DNA from: Promethearchaeum syntrophicum
Lineage (GTDB): Archaea > Asgardarchaeota > Lokiarchaeia > Sigyniarchaeales > Promethearchaeaceae
Reading direction: 5' to 3'
Length of the DNA: 32,000 bases
NCBI RefSeq assembly: GCF_008000775.2
Contig: NZ_CP042905.2
Span: forward strand, 2,520,001 to 2,552,000
The number at the start of each line of letters is the position of its first letter. Position 1 is the first letter of the stretch. The notes under the pieces are model-generated. The model saw only the letters and a program-made list of their open reading frames with translations. It had not been told where the DNA came from and searched no databases. The position numbers were made by a program, and so were the translations under genes. Below are positions 1 to 10,361 of this stretch, piece after piece.

Positions 1-70
1 ATTTTTGACATAATATTAATTTATTTTTAGAAGTTATAATTTTTAATTGAAGTATTGTAAATGTATGTTT

Positions 71-997
71 CTAGAAATTACTTTTATTCAAATATTTCAG
101 CCCCGAATCAACCATTAACGTAACTACGGTAGCTGATGGACCTAATTGCTTAGCAATCTGTAGGGCTGCGACCACATTTGCTCCAGAGGAGATTCCTGCA
201 AATATTCCTTCTTCACGAGCAAGGCGTTTTGACATTTCTATCGCTTCTTCAGTTGAAACCAAAATTATCTGATCTGCAATATGTGTTTCCCACAGCGGAG
301 GAATAAATCCACTTCCTATTCCTTCTATATTATGTGCCCCTTTTGAGCCTCCAGATAATACAGGAGATTCTTTAGGTTCGACAGCTACAATTTTAATCGT
401 TGGATCAAATTTTTGTAAGATTGATGAAGTTCCCTTTATAGATACTGCAGTTCCAACCGAATGTACAAATGCATCTATCTGACCATGCGTTTGTTCCCAA
501 ATCTCTTCAGCTAAAGAATAATATCCGACAAGCGCATCTTTATTGTTGAATTGATTCGTCCAGTAGATATTCGGTGCTTTACTCATTTTTCTTGCAGTTT
601 CGATCATTTCTTCAATAAGTTCTTTGGTTGTTCCTCTCCCATGACTTGGAACAATGGTGATTTCCGCTCCTAAAGCTTTCATATGTTCTATTTTATCTTG
701 GCTAAAAGCATCCGATGTCACAATCTGAAGTTTGTATTCTTTTACCGTACAAACTAATGCTAGTGATGCACCCGTGCTTCCTCCAGTATATTCAATGATT
801 GTGTCTCCTTTTTTTAAACGACCGTCTTTTTCTGGTTCGTTGATCATTGCTTGTGCCATTCGATCTTTCATACTTCCTGTCGGATTTTCCATTTCTAATT
901 TAACAAGTATTTTTGCATGATTTGGATTTGCTACGTTGTGTAATTGCACCAATGAAGTATTACCAATAGTTTCAAGAATATTTTTATTAAGTTTCAA
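71..997 (-). CDS. Cysteine synthase / cystathionine beta-synthase family PLP-dependent enzyme
   Basis: 308 aa ORF. IGNTSLVQL start, NPTGSMKDRMA (PLP lysine region), TGGSTGASLA, and a C-terminal GISSGANVVAAL motif typical of CysK/CysM enzymes. Confidence 0.93.
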   Translation of the reverse strand: MKLNKNILETIGNTSLVQLHNVANPNHAKILVKLEMENPTGSMKDRMAQAMINEPEKDGRLKKGDTIIEYTGGSTGASLALVCTVKEYKLQIVTSDAFSQDKIEHMKALGAEITIVPSHGRGTTKELIEEMIETARKMSKAPNIYWTNQFNNKDALVGYYSLAEEIWEQTHGQIDAFVHSVGTAVSIKGTSSILQKFDPTIKIVAVEPKESPVLSGGSKGAHNIEGIGSGFIPPLWETHIADQIILVSTEEAIEMSKRLAREEGIFAGISSGANVVAALQIAKQLGPSATVVTLMVDSGLKYLNKSNF

Positions 998-1165
998 TTA
1001 TCCCACCCAACTTTTGAAATAATTATAATGTGTTAAAAAAATAAAATAAAAATTATGAATTGATAGAGATGTGGTCTTTTGAATTATGAAAACGGATAAG
1101 TATGTGAAGTATTTTGAAAGAAATAAAAGGAAATCTTTGGAAATAAAGTTCTTATCTTCTTTTAA

Positions 1166-1474
1166 TTATTTTATTAGGGATTCAGCAAATTTTTTTGCCT
1201 CTTTCGTATAATTTATCCATTTGTCCGAAAACTCAACAGGAATAATTACCCATTCTTTCATAATTTTTCCATTTCCCGGATCATAAGGTTTACCTTCTTT
1301 GATTCTTAAAAGTTCGTTTACTCGATCTTTTGGTAATTTTATTACAAAATTACCTTCTTTATTCAACATTGCAAACATTTTTTTCTTGATCTTGAGTGAT
1401 TCTCCCTGTTTTTGCACATCTCTCATTTTTAAAAAGTATTCTTTAATTTTTAGCCAATATTCCTCTGTTGACAT
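1166..1474 (-). CDS. Small TfoX/YjbR-like domain protein
   Basis: 102 aa ORF with KKMFAMLNKEGNFVIKLPKDRV...GKPYDPGNGKIMKEWVIIP, resembling TfoX-N/MmcQ-YjbR-like small proteins. Family assigned by motif recognition only. Confidence 0.55.
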   Translation of the reverse strand: MSTEEYWLKIKEYFLKMRDVQKQGESLKIKKKMFAMLNKEGNFVIKLPKDRVNELLRIKEGKPYDPGNGKIMKEWVIIPVEFSDKWINYTKEAKKFAESLIK

Positions 1475-1634
1475 TTTCTACTATGTATTATATTAAGGAT
1501 TAAATAAATTTTTTTGAAAAGGTTAGAAAACAATAATATAACACCCCATATGGATGATTTTTTTTATAATTTTTAATTCAGAAAGAAAATATGAAAAAAA
1601 ACATAGAGTGAACTTGTAGGATTCAATCAAAATT

Positions 1635-2693
1635 TTATAATGGTTTTCCACAGTGATTACAAAATTTATTATTGGGGAGTGAAACACTTCCACAGTGTTT
1701 GCAGAATTTAGCAGGGGTTGTAGTTTGTTGAGGTTGTGAATTGAACATAAATGGTGCACTTGTAGGCATTTGGGTAGATGGATATTGTTTTACTTTTTTA
1801 TTCTTTCGACTAACTAATTTGATCAATATTATAGGGATTCCAATAATGCCTACAACGATTCCAATTCCAGTCGCCCACCCTTCAATCCTATACTGATCAA
1901 AATCAGATTTTAGAAAACATTTAACAGTAAATCGGCTACTAGCATCAATTAAAAGTTTATAAGTCCCAGGTGTTAAGTCTATCGCCCTTAATTCAAATCT
2001 CTCTTCAACAAAGCTTGAACTTAATGTAAATTCATTGAAAAAAACAACACTATCTGCGTTTTCATTTAAAACTATTATATCGAAACTCATAGATATTGGA
2101 TCTTCATACCTAAAATCTATATATCCATAAACATACAATTGTGAATTTTCAGAATCTATAGTAAATAAACCTTCATTTGGGATTATATGCCTTCTAAGAC
2201 GTTTTCCATCATATCTATCAAGTGTTTCAGGAGCATCCCATTCACCATAACCTCCATCAAAATTATTGATTGATGATTCAAGTATTGAAAAATCAACTGT
2301 ATTTTGCCAAGGCATTCCAGAATAATCTTCGATAAAGATTTGAATACTTATAGAAGTAGCTTCCCATACTAGATAACCTTCACTAGAGCCTCTTTCTATA
2401 GCACTACCAACTCTTACTTCCATATAATCGTTTTCACCACTCCAAACAATACAGTACCATTTTCCAATTGTCGTGAACTGTGTTGTGTTATATGTTGTGT
2501 CAGGATCTATAATTACAGTTTCAGATCGTATTTCTTCTGGGTAGAATCCATCAATATCTTGTGCACATAATGGTGATTTATCAAAATTTAATGGATCTGG
2601 GATATCGTCTATTAATGTGATGGTACCAACAAAAGAAATTAAAACAAAAGCATATATAATACAAAATCCATAGAAATTTGTTATTTTGACCAT
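1635..2693 (-). CDS. Secreted/membrane-anchored protein with beta-rich extracellular region, C-terminal TM helix and cytosolic zinc ribbon
   Basis: 352 aa ORF. N-terminal hydrophobic signal-like segment, late TM segment (GIGIVVGIIGIPIILIKLV), and terminal CKHCGSVSLPNNKFCNHCG double CxxC ribbon. Confidence 0.7.
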   Translation of the reverse strand: MVKITNFYGFCIIYAFVLISFVGTITLIDDIPDPLNFDKSPLCAQDIDGFYPEEIRSETVIIDPDTTYNTTQFTTIGKWYCIVWSGENDYMEVRVGSAIERGSSEGYLVWEATSISIQIFIEDYSGMPWQNTVDFSILESSINNFDGGYGEWDAPETLDRYDGKRLRRHIIPNEGLFTIDSENSQLYVYGYIDFRYEDPISMSFDIIVLNENADSVVFFNEFTLSSSFVEERFELRAIDLTPGTYKLLIDASSRFTVKCFLKSDFDQYRIEGWATGIGIVVGIIGIPIILIKLVSRKNKKVKQYPSTQMPTSAPFMFNSQPQQTTTPAKFCKHCGSVSLPNNKFCNHCGKPL

Positions 2694-2930
2694 AGAAGCT
2701 ATTTTTTGTTATTGAATAAAAATTTTTCCAAGATATATTTCTAAAAAAAATCCTCAGATCAACACCAATATTAATTACTCTTAAATATCTCCTTAACAAA
2801 TTTATTTGGATATGTATAGGATTACAAAATTCCAACAACCTCTATATAAAAATTACTTGCCCAATTTATTCCATTGATGCATTAATTTTAATCTAAAATT
2901 ATAAAAATTAGCATAAATTAATCCAAATAT

Positions 2931-3464
2931 ATGAGTTATTCCTTTGATTTCATGTATGAGAAAATATTAAACAATGATTCCAAGTATAATGGAAAATTTT
3001 TTCCATGTGTCAAAACAACGAAAATATTCTGCCTTCCATCATGTAAAGCAAAAATACCACTCAGAGAAAACGTTGAATTTGTCTTTACTGCAGAACAAGC
3101 ACTTGAAAAGGGATATCGTCCTTGCAAGCGATGTTATCCGCTAAATTCCCCCGAATTTTATCCAGATTGGATGGAAGCAATTGAAGAATATTTAGTCGAA
3201 AACCTAAATCGAAAATTGTCAGATCTTGAATTATCTGAATTAGTTAATCTTGATATCTCTACAATAAGAAGATATTTCAAAAAAAAGTATTCCAAGTCAA
3301 TACAAGAATATCATAGATTTATTCGATTAAATGAAGCAAAAAAAAATTTGGGTGAAGGGGTTGATATAGGGAAAGTGGCATCATCAGTAGGATATAATTC
3401 AGTAAAAGGATTCAAACTTGCATTTAAGAAACAATTTGGAGAATTTACTAATGAAAAAAACTAA
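2931..3464 (+). CDS. Ada-like protein: Ada metal-binding (Cys-rich) domain fused to AraC-type HTH
   Basis: 177 aa ORF. FFPCVKTTKIFCLPSCKAKIPLRENVEFVFTAEQALEKGYRPCKRCYP matches the Ada N-terminal zinc/phosphotriester-repair motif, followed by an AraC-like HTH region. Confidence 0.88.
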   Translation: MSYSFDFMYEKILNNDSKYNGKFFPCVKTTKIFCLPSCKAKIPLRENVEFVFTAEQALEKGYRPCKRCYPLNSPEFYPDWMEAIEEYLVENLNRKLSDLELSELVNLDISTIRRYFKKKYSKSIQEYHRFIRLNEAKKNLGEGVDIGKVASSVGYNSVKGFKLAFKKQFGEFTNEKN

Positions 3465-3996
3465 AATAATATTGAAAGAAGTAAAAACCCCGATTGGGGA
3501 AATGGTGTTCGGTTCGTCTGAAAAAGGTTTATGCTTACTTGACTTTAAGTATCGAAAAAGTTTTCCGCGAATCCTCAAAAGAATTAAGGAATATTTTGGG
3601 GAAGACATAACCTATGGAACATCAAAAATTATTGAATTAGCAGAAAATGAGCTCAATCAATATTTACAAGGAGAATTAAAGATATTTACGGTTCCTTTGG
3701 ATATCAAAGGAAATGAATTCCAATTAAAAGTCTGGGAGGCATTATTACAAATAAAATACGGAAAAACTGTTTCTTATCTTGATATTGCAAAAAAAATAAA
3801 TAGACCTAAAGCGGTTCGGGCTATTGCCAATGCAAATGGACAGAATGGTATTGCTGTGATTATTCCTTGTCATAGAGTTATAGGTTCTGATGGATCCTTA
3901 ACAGGGTATGGGGGAGGAATAGCCATCAAGAAAAAACTAATTCGTCTTGAATCAAGATATGGGAAAAATAAAATTACAGATTTTATAAAAAAATAA
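3451..3996 (+). CDS. ogt: Methylated-DNA--[protein]-cysteine S-methyltransferase (MGMT/Ogt)
   Basis: IIPCHRVIGSDGSLTGYGGG active-site motif and FQLKVWEALLQIKYGKTVSY. The ORF track starts at 3418; the ATG at 3451 (MKKTKIILK) is the more plausible start and overlaps the preceding ORF by 14 nt. Confidence 0.93.
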   Translation: MKKTKIILKEVKTPIGEMVFGSSEKGLCLLDFKYRKSFPRILKRIKEYFGEDITYGTSKIIELAENELNQYLQGELKIFTVPLDIKGNEFQLKVWEALLQIKYGKTVSYLDIAKKINRPKAVRAIANANGQNGIAVIIPCHRVIGSDGSLTGYGGGIAIKKKLIRLESRYGKNKITDFIKK

Positions 3997-4099
3997 ACTC
4001 TATTTGATATATCTAATGTAACCATCCTTTTATTTCATTGATGAGATTAAATCAATTTTCTGTAAGAATTTTTAATTCTATTTCGTTTAAAAATATAGT

Positions 4100-5011
4100 A
4101 TGGAGATTGAGAAAGATTCAGCTCTTATATTAAAGGAAAAAATCCAATCAAACGAAAAACTATCAGACCAACAAATACAGAATTTTTTACATCAGTCTTC
4201 TTTAATTGGGGAATTGTTAACTGTCCCAAAATGGAAACCAGATAAATTTGTGGGGCTTCGAGCGTACGAGTGGCGATTATTGGAACTCAGTGAAATTCCT
4301 TATACTTTTACTTTAGAAAAAGTGAAAGAGTGGTTGGGAATTTTAGTCAAATATTCAAATATTAAAGAAGGTTTTTCCCTTACGGGAACTTCAAATGGTT
4401 TATTGGCATGTCATAATGCAATGATAACTACGATTCTTATACGAATGAAATATCAAAATGAACAATTAATTAAACAAGGAATTGAATGGATTCTAAATTA
4501 TCAAAATACTGCTCGAAATCAAGATTGTTCATGGAAAGGTAAGGATTTATATATCAAATATGGAGGATGTATGAAAAAAACACCTTGTTATAATGGGGTT
4601 GTAAAATCTATGATTACTTTGACTGAATATTGTAGAAATTTTGAATGTACTCAAGAAATTAAAAAGAAATTAAAGATAGGATTGGAATATATTTTGCAGC
4701 ACTATGTATTTAAACGTTTGTCTTCAGATCAGCCCGTTGAAGATTCGATCATTCTAAATTTCTACCCATTTACCTATAAAACTAATATAATTGAAATTTT
4801 AAATCTTCTAGATTTGAATGATTTGTTAGAAGACCCAAGATGTAAAGAAGCAATTAATTTACTCATAAAAAGGCAAAGATCAGATGGATTTTGGCAATCC
4901 GACACATCTTTCATGAAAACCTCATGGATTAATTTTGATAAACTTAAATCTCCAGGATTATGGATTTCAAATTATATTCTACAATTTTTAAATACTTGGG
5001 TAAAATCGTGA
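4100..5011 (+). CDS. Alpha/alpha-toroid (squalene cyclase/prenyltransferase-like) domain protein
   Basis: 303 aa all-helical ORF with terpenoid-cyclase-like repeats (GIEWILNYQN...; INLLIKRQRSDGFWQSD). No catalytic class can be assigned. Confidence 0.6.
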   Translation: MEIEKDSALILKEKIQSNEKLSDQQIQNFLHQSSLIGELLTVPKWKPDKFVGLRAYEWRLLELSEIPYTFTLEKVKEWLGILVKYSNIKEGFSLTGTSNGLLACHNAMITTILIRMKYQNEQLIKQGIEWILNYQNTARNQDCSWKGKDLYIKYGGCMKKTPCYNGVVKSMITLTEYCRNFECTQEIKKKLKIGLEYILQHYVFKRLSSDQPVEDSIILNFYPFTYKTNIIEILNLLDLNDLLEDPRCKEAINLLIKRQRSDGFWQSDTSFMKTSWINFDKLKSPGLWISNYILQFLNTWVKS

Positions 5012-5096
5012 GATAATTTGATATTTTTTAATGTATCAAATTAATGGAAAGTTCTTTTCATGTATACAAAAAAACTTTACAAATAACGGAATAAAT

Positions 5097-6023
5097 ATGA
5101 AAACTAGAGGAGAAATTAAATTGGAAAATGATTTTTTATGGTTCTTATTAGCTGTTGTCCTGATTTATTCTTTATATCGAATTTTTATGTTTATTATAAA
5201 AAAAATATTATATAAACGTAAATATCCCGTAAATGCCGTTAATGTATTAAAGCTTTTAATCCGAGTATTCACAATCATCTTATATACTATTGCTCTAATT
5301 GTTATTATTGAAATTCCCGATGAATATTTAATTTCGCTAACTTCTATTGGCGGTATTATTATTGGGTTTGCAGCTACCGAAATTATGAGTCAAATTATCT
5401 CAGGAATTTACATCATAACTGCAAAACCTTTTGGGGTAAATGATCTAATACAACTTGGTGATACTGAGGGAATTGTACTCGAGATCGGGATGAATTACAC
5501 TGTAGTGCAAAGAATTGATGGGACTCTTGTAAAAATTCCAAATAAGAAAATACTAGATAGCAATGTAAAAGATTATACTATTGAAATGAAGGATGAATTA
5601 GAAAAAAATGAAATTAATAAAGATACATTAGAAAAAATAAAAGAAATAAGTAAATCAACAGAAAAAAGAAAGAAATCTAAAATATCTTCATTATTAAGTA
5701 AAGATAATAAGAGAAATTTTAAAAAACTTTATAAGAATTTCACAGAATTAATTTTAGAACAAGAAATTACCAGGTATACTTTTAAAATCCAAGTGTATTT
5801 CGATGTAAAACCTGAAATTATGTTACGAAAACTCGATTTGATTTGTAAAAAATATGAATCAATTTATAAATATAAACCACTTTACTCTATCACAAATTTG
5901 AGTTATCGCGCTACGATTCAGTTCATTATTACTTGCCCAGATGCTCTAGTGATAGTTGATCAACAAGAGAAATTAATCAAAGATATTGTTGACATCCTTT
6001 ATCAAGAGGAGGAAATAATATAA
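5097..6023 (+). CDS. MscS-family mechanosensitive ion channel
   Basis: Track ORF starts at 5031; ATG at 5097 (MKTRGEIKLEND) looks more likely. TM helices, pore/beta region IGGIIIGFAATEIMSQIISGIYIITAKPFGVNDLIQLGDTEGIVLEIGMNYTVVQRIDGTLVKIPNKK. Confidence 0.9.
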   Translation: MKTRGEIKLENDFLWFLLAVVLIYSLYRIFMFIIKKILYKRKYPVNAVNVLKLLIRVFTIILYTIALIVIIEIPDEYLISLTSIGGIIIGFAATEIMSQIISGIYIITAKPFGVNDLIQLGDTEGIVLEIGMNYTVVQRIDGTLVKIPNKKILDSNVKDYTIEMKDELEKNEINKDTLEKIKEISKSTEKRKKSKISSLLSKDNKRNFKKLYKNFTELILEQEITRYTFKIQVYFDVKPEIMLRKLDLICKKYESIYKYKPLYSITNLSYRATIQFIITCPDALVIVDQQEKLIKDIVDILYQEEEII

Positions 6024-7012
6024 TGGAAGAAGGAGATTTTTTACTGAAACTTGGCTCCTTTTATATTGGAGAATGGGAAATTCCATTTTTGGGTTTGTTG
6101 ATTTTAGGAATAACGGTTATTTTACTATTTATTCTAATAAAATTATTTTCGAAAATTATGAAAAAACGACTAAGATTGAAAGGGATTCCGCCTGATATCT
6201 ATAATGGAACTAAATTCTTTCTTAGAATATTCATTGCATTTGGAGTGGTAATTTTAGTAACTTATCTACTTAACATCGACAAAAAATACCTCGCATTAAT
6301 TTCAGGTGTGGTTGGGACTGCTATTTCATTTGCTTCAATGAAAGCAATAAATAATTTCATTGCAGGGATATGGATTACATTAACTACACCATTTCAAGTA
6401 GGTGATTACGTCAAAATTGGTAATAAAGAGGGAATTATTATTGAAATCTCATTAAATTATACCAAATTGATGTATCAAGATAAAAATATAACCATGATCC
6501 CCAACATACAATGTTTGAAAACAAATATTATAAATTATTCAATTTCAAGCACATGGTTTGCCGATGAAATTTATAAGCTGGAATCTCAAATTGAAGATGT
6601 AATCGTAGAAAGTCTCAAAAAAGATCAAGAAATAATAAATTTCAAACACCAGAAACAGAAATTAGAACGAATGAAAAAAAATTATAAACAAATAAAAGAA
6701 ATTCAAAAAGCTATTGATGAAAAAAGTGTTGAATTAAACAAACGGCATTCAAAATATGTAGATGAAGATAAAATTGTAAGATATACATTTAGTGTTGCAC
6801 TTCAAAGAACTCCAAGTAAAAATTCCAAACATCTTGAAGAAATCTGTCAAAAATGGGCAAAGGAATTTGAGATCCAACCAAAATTTATAGTATTAGGTGT
6901 TGATGCACATATTCATTATTATTTTATAATCATAACACCTGATCCAATGGATATTATTGAATATATTGATGATTTCTACAAAGATATATACAAATATTTA
7001 TATTCTAGCTAA
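6023..7012 (+). CDS. MscS-family mechanosensitive ion channel
   Basis: SGVVGTAISFASMKAINNFIAGIWITLTTPFQVGDYVKIGNKEGIIIEISLNYTKLMYQDKNITMIPNI. The start codon overlaps the stop codon of the upstream MscS gene (taATG). Confidence 0.9.
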   Translation: MEEGDFLLKLGSFYIGEWEIPFLGLLILGITVILLFILIKLFSKIMKKRLRLKGIPPDIYNGTKFFLRIFIAFGVVILVTYLLNIDKKYLALISGVVGTAISFASMKAINNFIAGIWITLTTPFQVGDYVKIGNKEGIIIEISLNYTKLMYQDKNITMIPNIQCLKTNIINYSISSTWFADEIYKLESQIEDVIVESLKKDQEIINFKHQKQKLERMKKNYKQIKEIQKAIDEKSVELNKRHSKYVDEDKIVRYTFSVALQRTPSKNSKHLEEICQKWAKEFEIQPKFIVLGVDAHIHYYFIIITPDPMDIIEYIDDFYKDIYKYLYSS

Positions 7013-7259
7013 TTTTTTTCATTTTTTTATGTATCTAAATAGAATTCTATATCTAAGATTCTGAAAATTCTTTATTTTTATGAAATAATTATGCAAAAAT
7101 GTGAACTTTATAAATTTTAATTAAGATCTTCACCCATAATTTTTCCATTTAATACATTGAAATATGAAGTTGTCATATGAAATAATTAAGAATCTGTTGA
7201 AAATTGCAGTAAAAATAAAATATATTCGGGATTTACCAATTAAAATGTGAAATAGAATA

Positions 7260-9365
7260 ATGACTGATCTCAACCCAACCTTCCAATCTTATTTAGACAA
7301 AGCAGATGAATTGATAATCTCAAATCCAGCAAAAGCAGAAATATATTTACTGGATATTCTTAAAACCGTTTTTTCTCTTCGAGAAGTATTACAATTAAAA
7401 TTAAAACTTGCGTATGCTTTATGGAGTGAATCAAAAACTGATGATTCTTATAAGATTTATTTAGATGTTGGGAAAATTGCTCGTGAAAATTCATTTGAGG
7501 AAGAAATTGCAGATTCTCTTGAGGGAATGGCTTTATTTGCAGGATTAAAAGGAAAAATTAAAGAAGGTTTGGAAAATGTTGAAGAAGCAATTAGAATTTA
7601 TAGGAAATTGAAATTACCAGAAAAAGAAGCAAAAGCTAGTAATAATTATGGAATTATTCTCTATTATAACAACCAATTAGATAAAGCATTATTTTGGTTC
7701 AATAACACCTTAAAATTATCCACTTCTCAAAATTCTACTTACAACATTAGCGCTTTGGGTAATTCTGCATTAATTTTTCGCGCACGAGGAGAAATGCAAA
7801 AAGCTTTAGATTTTATAACTCGTGGATATAACCTTGCAACAAAAATTGGTCTGAATCGTGCAATTTCGACGTTTCAAAATAATATGGCTGATACATTGCG
7901 ATCAATGGGAAATTATGTTGAATCAAAGAAAAACTATGAAGAAGCTTTATTACGTGCAAGAGAAGCGAATGATAAACGAAATATTGGAATGCTTTCAATT
8001 GGATATGCAAATTATTGGATAGAATTAGGTGATTTAGTCCAAGGATTTGAATATTTAAAAGATGGATTCCAAATTTATGATGAAATGGATGATCCTTTCG
8101 GAAAAATTTTATCTTATGATGGATTTGCTCATTATTGGTCTGTAAAGGGAAATTTGAATAAAGCTGAAAAATATTTATTAAAAGCTTTAGATCTTAATGA
8201 AAAAATTTCAGTTTTAGAATTACAGGTTTCTATCCTTGTTTTACTCGCAGAAATATATGAAGGTTTAAAAAGATCTGACGATGCATATTATTATTTAGAA
8301 TTAGCAAATACATTAGCTAGAGAGAAAAAATCAAATTTAGCCCGTGCAGAAGTTTTACTTCAACGAGGTAGAAGTTTAATTACCAATTCTCAATTTAATG
8401 AAGCAAAATTAGTTTTAGATGAAGCACTTTGGCTTTCAAAAGAAATACCTCATATTGAAATACAGTTAACAGCTATGATGCTCCTAAGTAGATGTTTTCT
8501 TATTAGATTCGTGAAGAATTCTTTAGATACATCTTATTATGATCTGGCAGTTAAATATATTCAAGATGCAATAAAATTAACTAAAGAGAAAAATCTAATC
8601 CCGAATTATATTCATGCACTGGTAATTAGAGGAATGCTCTTTTCAATAAACGACGAGAATGAAAATGCAGAAAGAGACTTAACTGAAGCAATGAATTTGG
8701 CAAAAGAAAGAAACATGACAATTCAAGTAAGGAAAATGCAAGATCAGATTGCAATATTGAAAGGAAGCACAGATGATAAAATTCCAAAACAACAGATTAA
8801 AAATATTATAATAAGTTTTGCGATGCAAGAATTACGAAAAGCAACTACATCATATGTTGAAGCAACAATGACAGAGATAGATTTAGAAGATACATTTTTA
8901 ATTACTTATAAACTCGATGAAAAATTGGGACCTGTAATTCAAAATGTTGAAAATCTTAATTATAACAATCCAGAAACTCAACAGACTATTGCTGAAGTCG
9001 GAGCAGTTTATACTTTTTCCATCGGGCAAGGACAAAATTACAATGAAGGTTTATTCGGTCCTTTACCCTTTGGAAAAAAAAAACAAGCAATAATATATGC
9101 AAAAATGATGAAAGATTCTTCTCAAGTCTTAAAAAGATTAGATGGGAAAAATTTCATCCTTTTCACTTTAGTTTTCCCTTCAAAAATGGTTCAATTTTTC
9201 TATGATCGTCAAAAACTTACTCTAATTTTTGAAGATGAAATAAATAAAATTTCAAATGTTGAAGAAATCGACAAAATGTTTCTCAATAAATTACGAAAAA
9301 AAATTTTGTCAGAATTTATGAAGGATTTGTCTGGTGAATTTAATCTACATAAAAACGGGACATAA
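7260..9365 (+). CDS. Tetratricopeptide repeat (TPR) protein
   Basis: 701 aa ORF with many TPR-like units (ASNNYGIILYYNNQLDKALFWFNNTLKLS; MADTLRSMGNYVESKKNYEEALLRARE; YLLKALDLNEKI), plus a non-TPR C-terminal region. Confidence 0.88.
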   Translation: MTDLNPTFQSYLDKADELIISNPAKAEIYLLDILKTVFSLREVLQLKLKLAYALWSESKTDDSYKIYLDVGKIARENSFEEEIADSLEGMALFAGLKGKIKEGLENVEEAIRIYRKLKLPEKEAKASNNYGIILYYNNQLDKALFWFNNTLKLSTSQNSTYNISALGNSALIFRARGEMQKALDFITRGYNLATKIGLNRAISTFQNNMADTLRSMGNYVESKKNYEEALLRAREANDKRNIGMLSIGYANYWIELGDLVQGFEYLKDGFQIYDEMDDPFGKILSYDGFAHYWSVKGNLNKAEKYLLKALDLNEKISVLELQVSILVLLAEIYEGLKRSDDAYYYLELANTLAREKKSNLARAEVLLQRGRSLITNSQFNEAKLVLDEALWLSKEIPHIEIQLTAMMLLSRCFLIRFVKNSLDTSYYDLAVKYIQDAIKLTKEKNLIPNYIHALVIRGMLFSINDENENAERDLTEAMNLAKERNMTIQVRKMQDQIAILKGSTDDKIPKQQIKNIIISFAMQELRKATTSYVEATMTEIDLEDTFLITYKLDEKLGPVIQNVENLNYNNPETQQTIAEVGAVYTFSIGQGQNYNEGLFGPLPFGKKKQAIIYAKMMKDSSQVLKRLDGKNFILFTLVFPSKMVQFFYDRQKLTLIFEDEINKISNVEEIDKMFLNKLRKKILSEFMKDLSGEFNLHKNGT

Positions 9366-9406
9366 CTCGAATATTTTTTAATAAAATTTCCAATTTTTCC
9401 CATTTT

Positions 9407-10309
9407 TTAAATATTATTCATTCTTTCAAATACTTTGTATAATCCTTGAGTTCCTAGGTTTTTAAATCCCATAGCTTTTGCTGCAATATAAAATTGGTAG
9501 ACCAATGAAAGCCCAGGAAGAGAAAGATTCATATTTTTCGCTTCTTGTAATGCAATCCCCATGTCTTTTATGAAATGTTTAATATAGAATCCAGGATCGA
9601 AATTCTTACTAGCAATTTGTCTTCCAAGGTTATTTATTGACCAAGAGGCCGCAGCTCCCTTTCCAATCACATCAATAATTTCATCCAAATTGATACCAGC
9701 TTTATATCCATATAATAGTGACTCTATAACCCCCACCATAGTAGATGCTATTAAAATTTGATTGCTCATTTTTGTATGTTGACCAGTACCAGCGTTCCCC
9801 ATATACGCAATATTTTCTCCTAAAATTTCAAAGATAGGTAAAACTAAGTCAAAAATATCACGTGATCCTCCAACCATAATAGCTAAATTCCCTCCAATTG
9901 CCCCTTTTTGACCACCAGAAACAGGCGCATCAAGTGAAAATACATTTTTTTCTTCCGCTTTTTTAAATATTTCTTGAGCGAGTCTAGGTTCAGAAGTAGT
10001 CATATCCACCAATATTGAATTAGGTTTAATTCCTTCAAATATGCCATCTGATCCAAAATAAACATTTTTTACATCTTTCGGATATCCTACAATGGTTATT
10101 ATTAATTCACTTCTTAATGCGACTTCTTTTGGATTTGAACACCAATGTGCCCCTAACTCCACAAGATTCTGAGCTTTTTCTTTTGAACGATTAAATAAAT
10201 ATATTTCATATTTGGATTTTAAGAGATGGCTGCACATTGGATTTCCCATAATTCCTGTTCCAACAAAACCTATTTTTTTGAATTTGCGTTTAATCATTAT
10301 ATACACCAA
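9407..10309 (-). CDS. NAD(P)-dependent beta-hydroxyacid dehydrogenase (3-hydroxyisobutyrate dehydrogenase family)
   Basis: GFVGTGIMGNPMCSHLL dinucleotide-binding motif, DAPVSGGQKGAIGG, GNAGTGQHTKMSNQ. Internal ATG (MIKRKF, ~10297) is a plausible start. Confidence 0.9.
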   Translation of the reverse strand: MVYIMIKRKFKKIGFVGTGIMGNPMCSHLLKSKYEIYLFNRSKEKAQNLVELGAHWCSNPKEVALRSELIITIVGYPKDVKNVYFGSDGIFEGIKPNSILVDMTTSEPRLAQEIFKKAEEKNVFSLDAPVSGGQKGAIGGNLAIMVGGSRDIFDLVLPIFEILGENIAYMGNAGTGQHTKMSNQILIASTMVGVIESLLYGYKAGINLDEIIDVIGKGAAASWSINNLGRQIASKNFDPGFYIKHFIKDMGIALQEAKNMNLSLPGLSLVYQFYIAAKAMGFKNLGTQGLYKVFERMNNI

Positions 10310-10361
10310 GATAATATTTGAAAAAAATATATCTTTAGGATTAACAAGTTAAATGAATTCG

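Noticed and set aside
3455-3461. Perfect -1 slippery heptamer A AAA AAC directly before the Ada stop codon, suggesting programmed frameshifting into the MGMT gene
   Set aside because: It is in the correct register for -1 slippage, but the MGMT frame is +1 relative to Ada. The -1 frame hits a stop at once (CTA AAA TAA), so it cannot give an Ada-MGMT fusion. The MGMT has its own ATG at 3451.
4100-5011. Possible terpene cyclase participating in lipid biosynthesis
   Set aside because: The alpha/alpha-toroid fold is plausible, but there is no clear catalytic DxDD or QW-repeat set. A biosynthetic role cannot be supported from the sequence.
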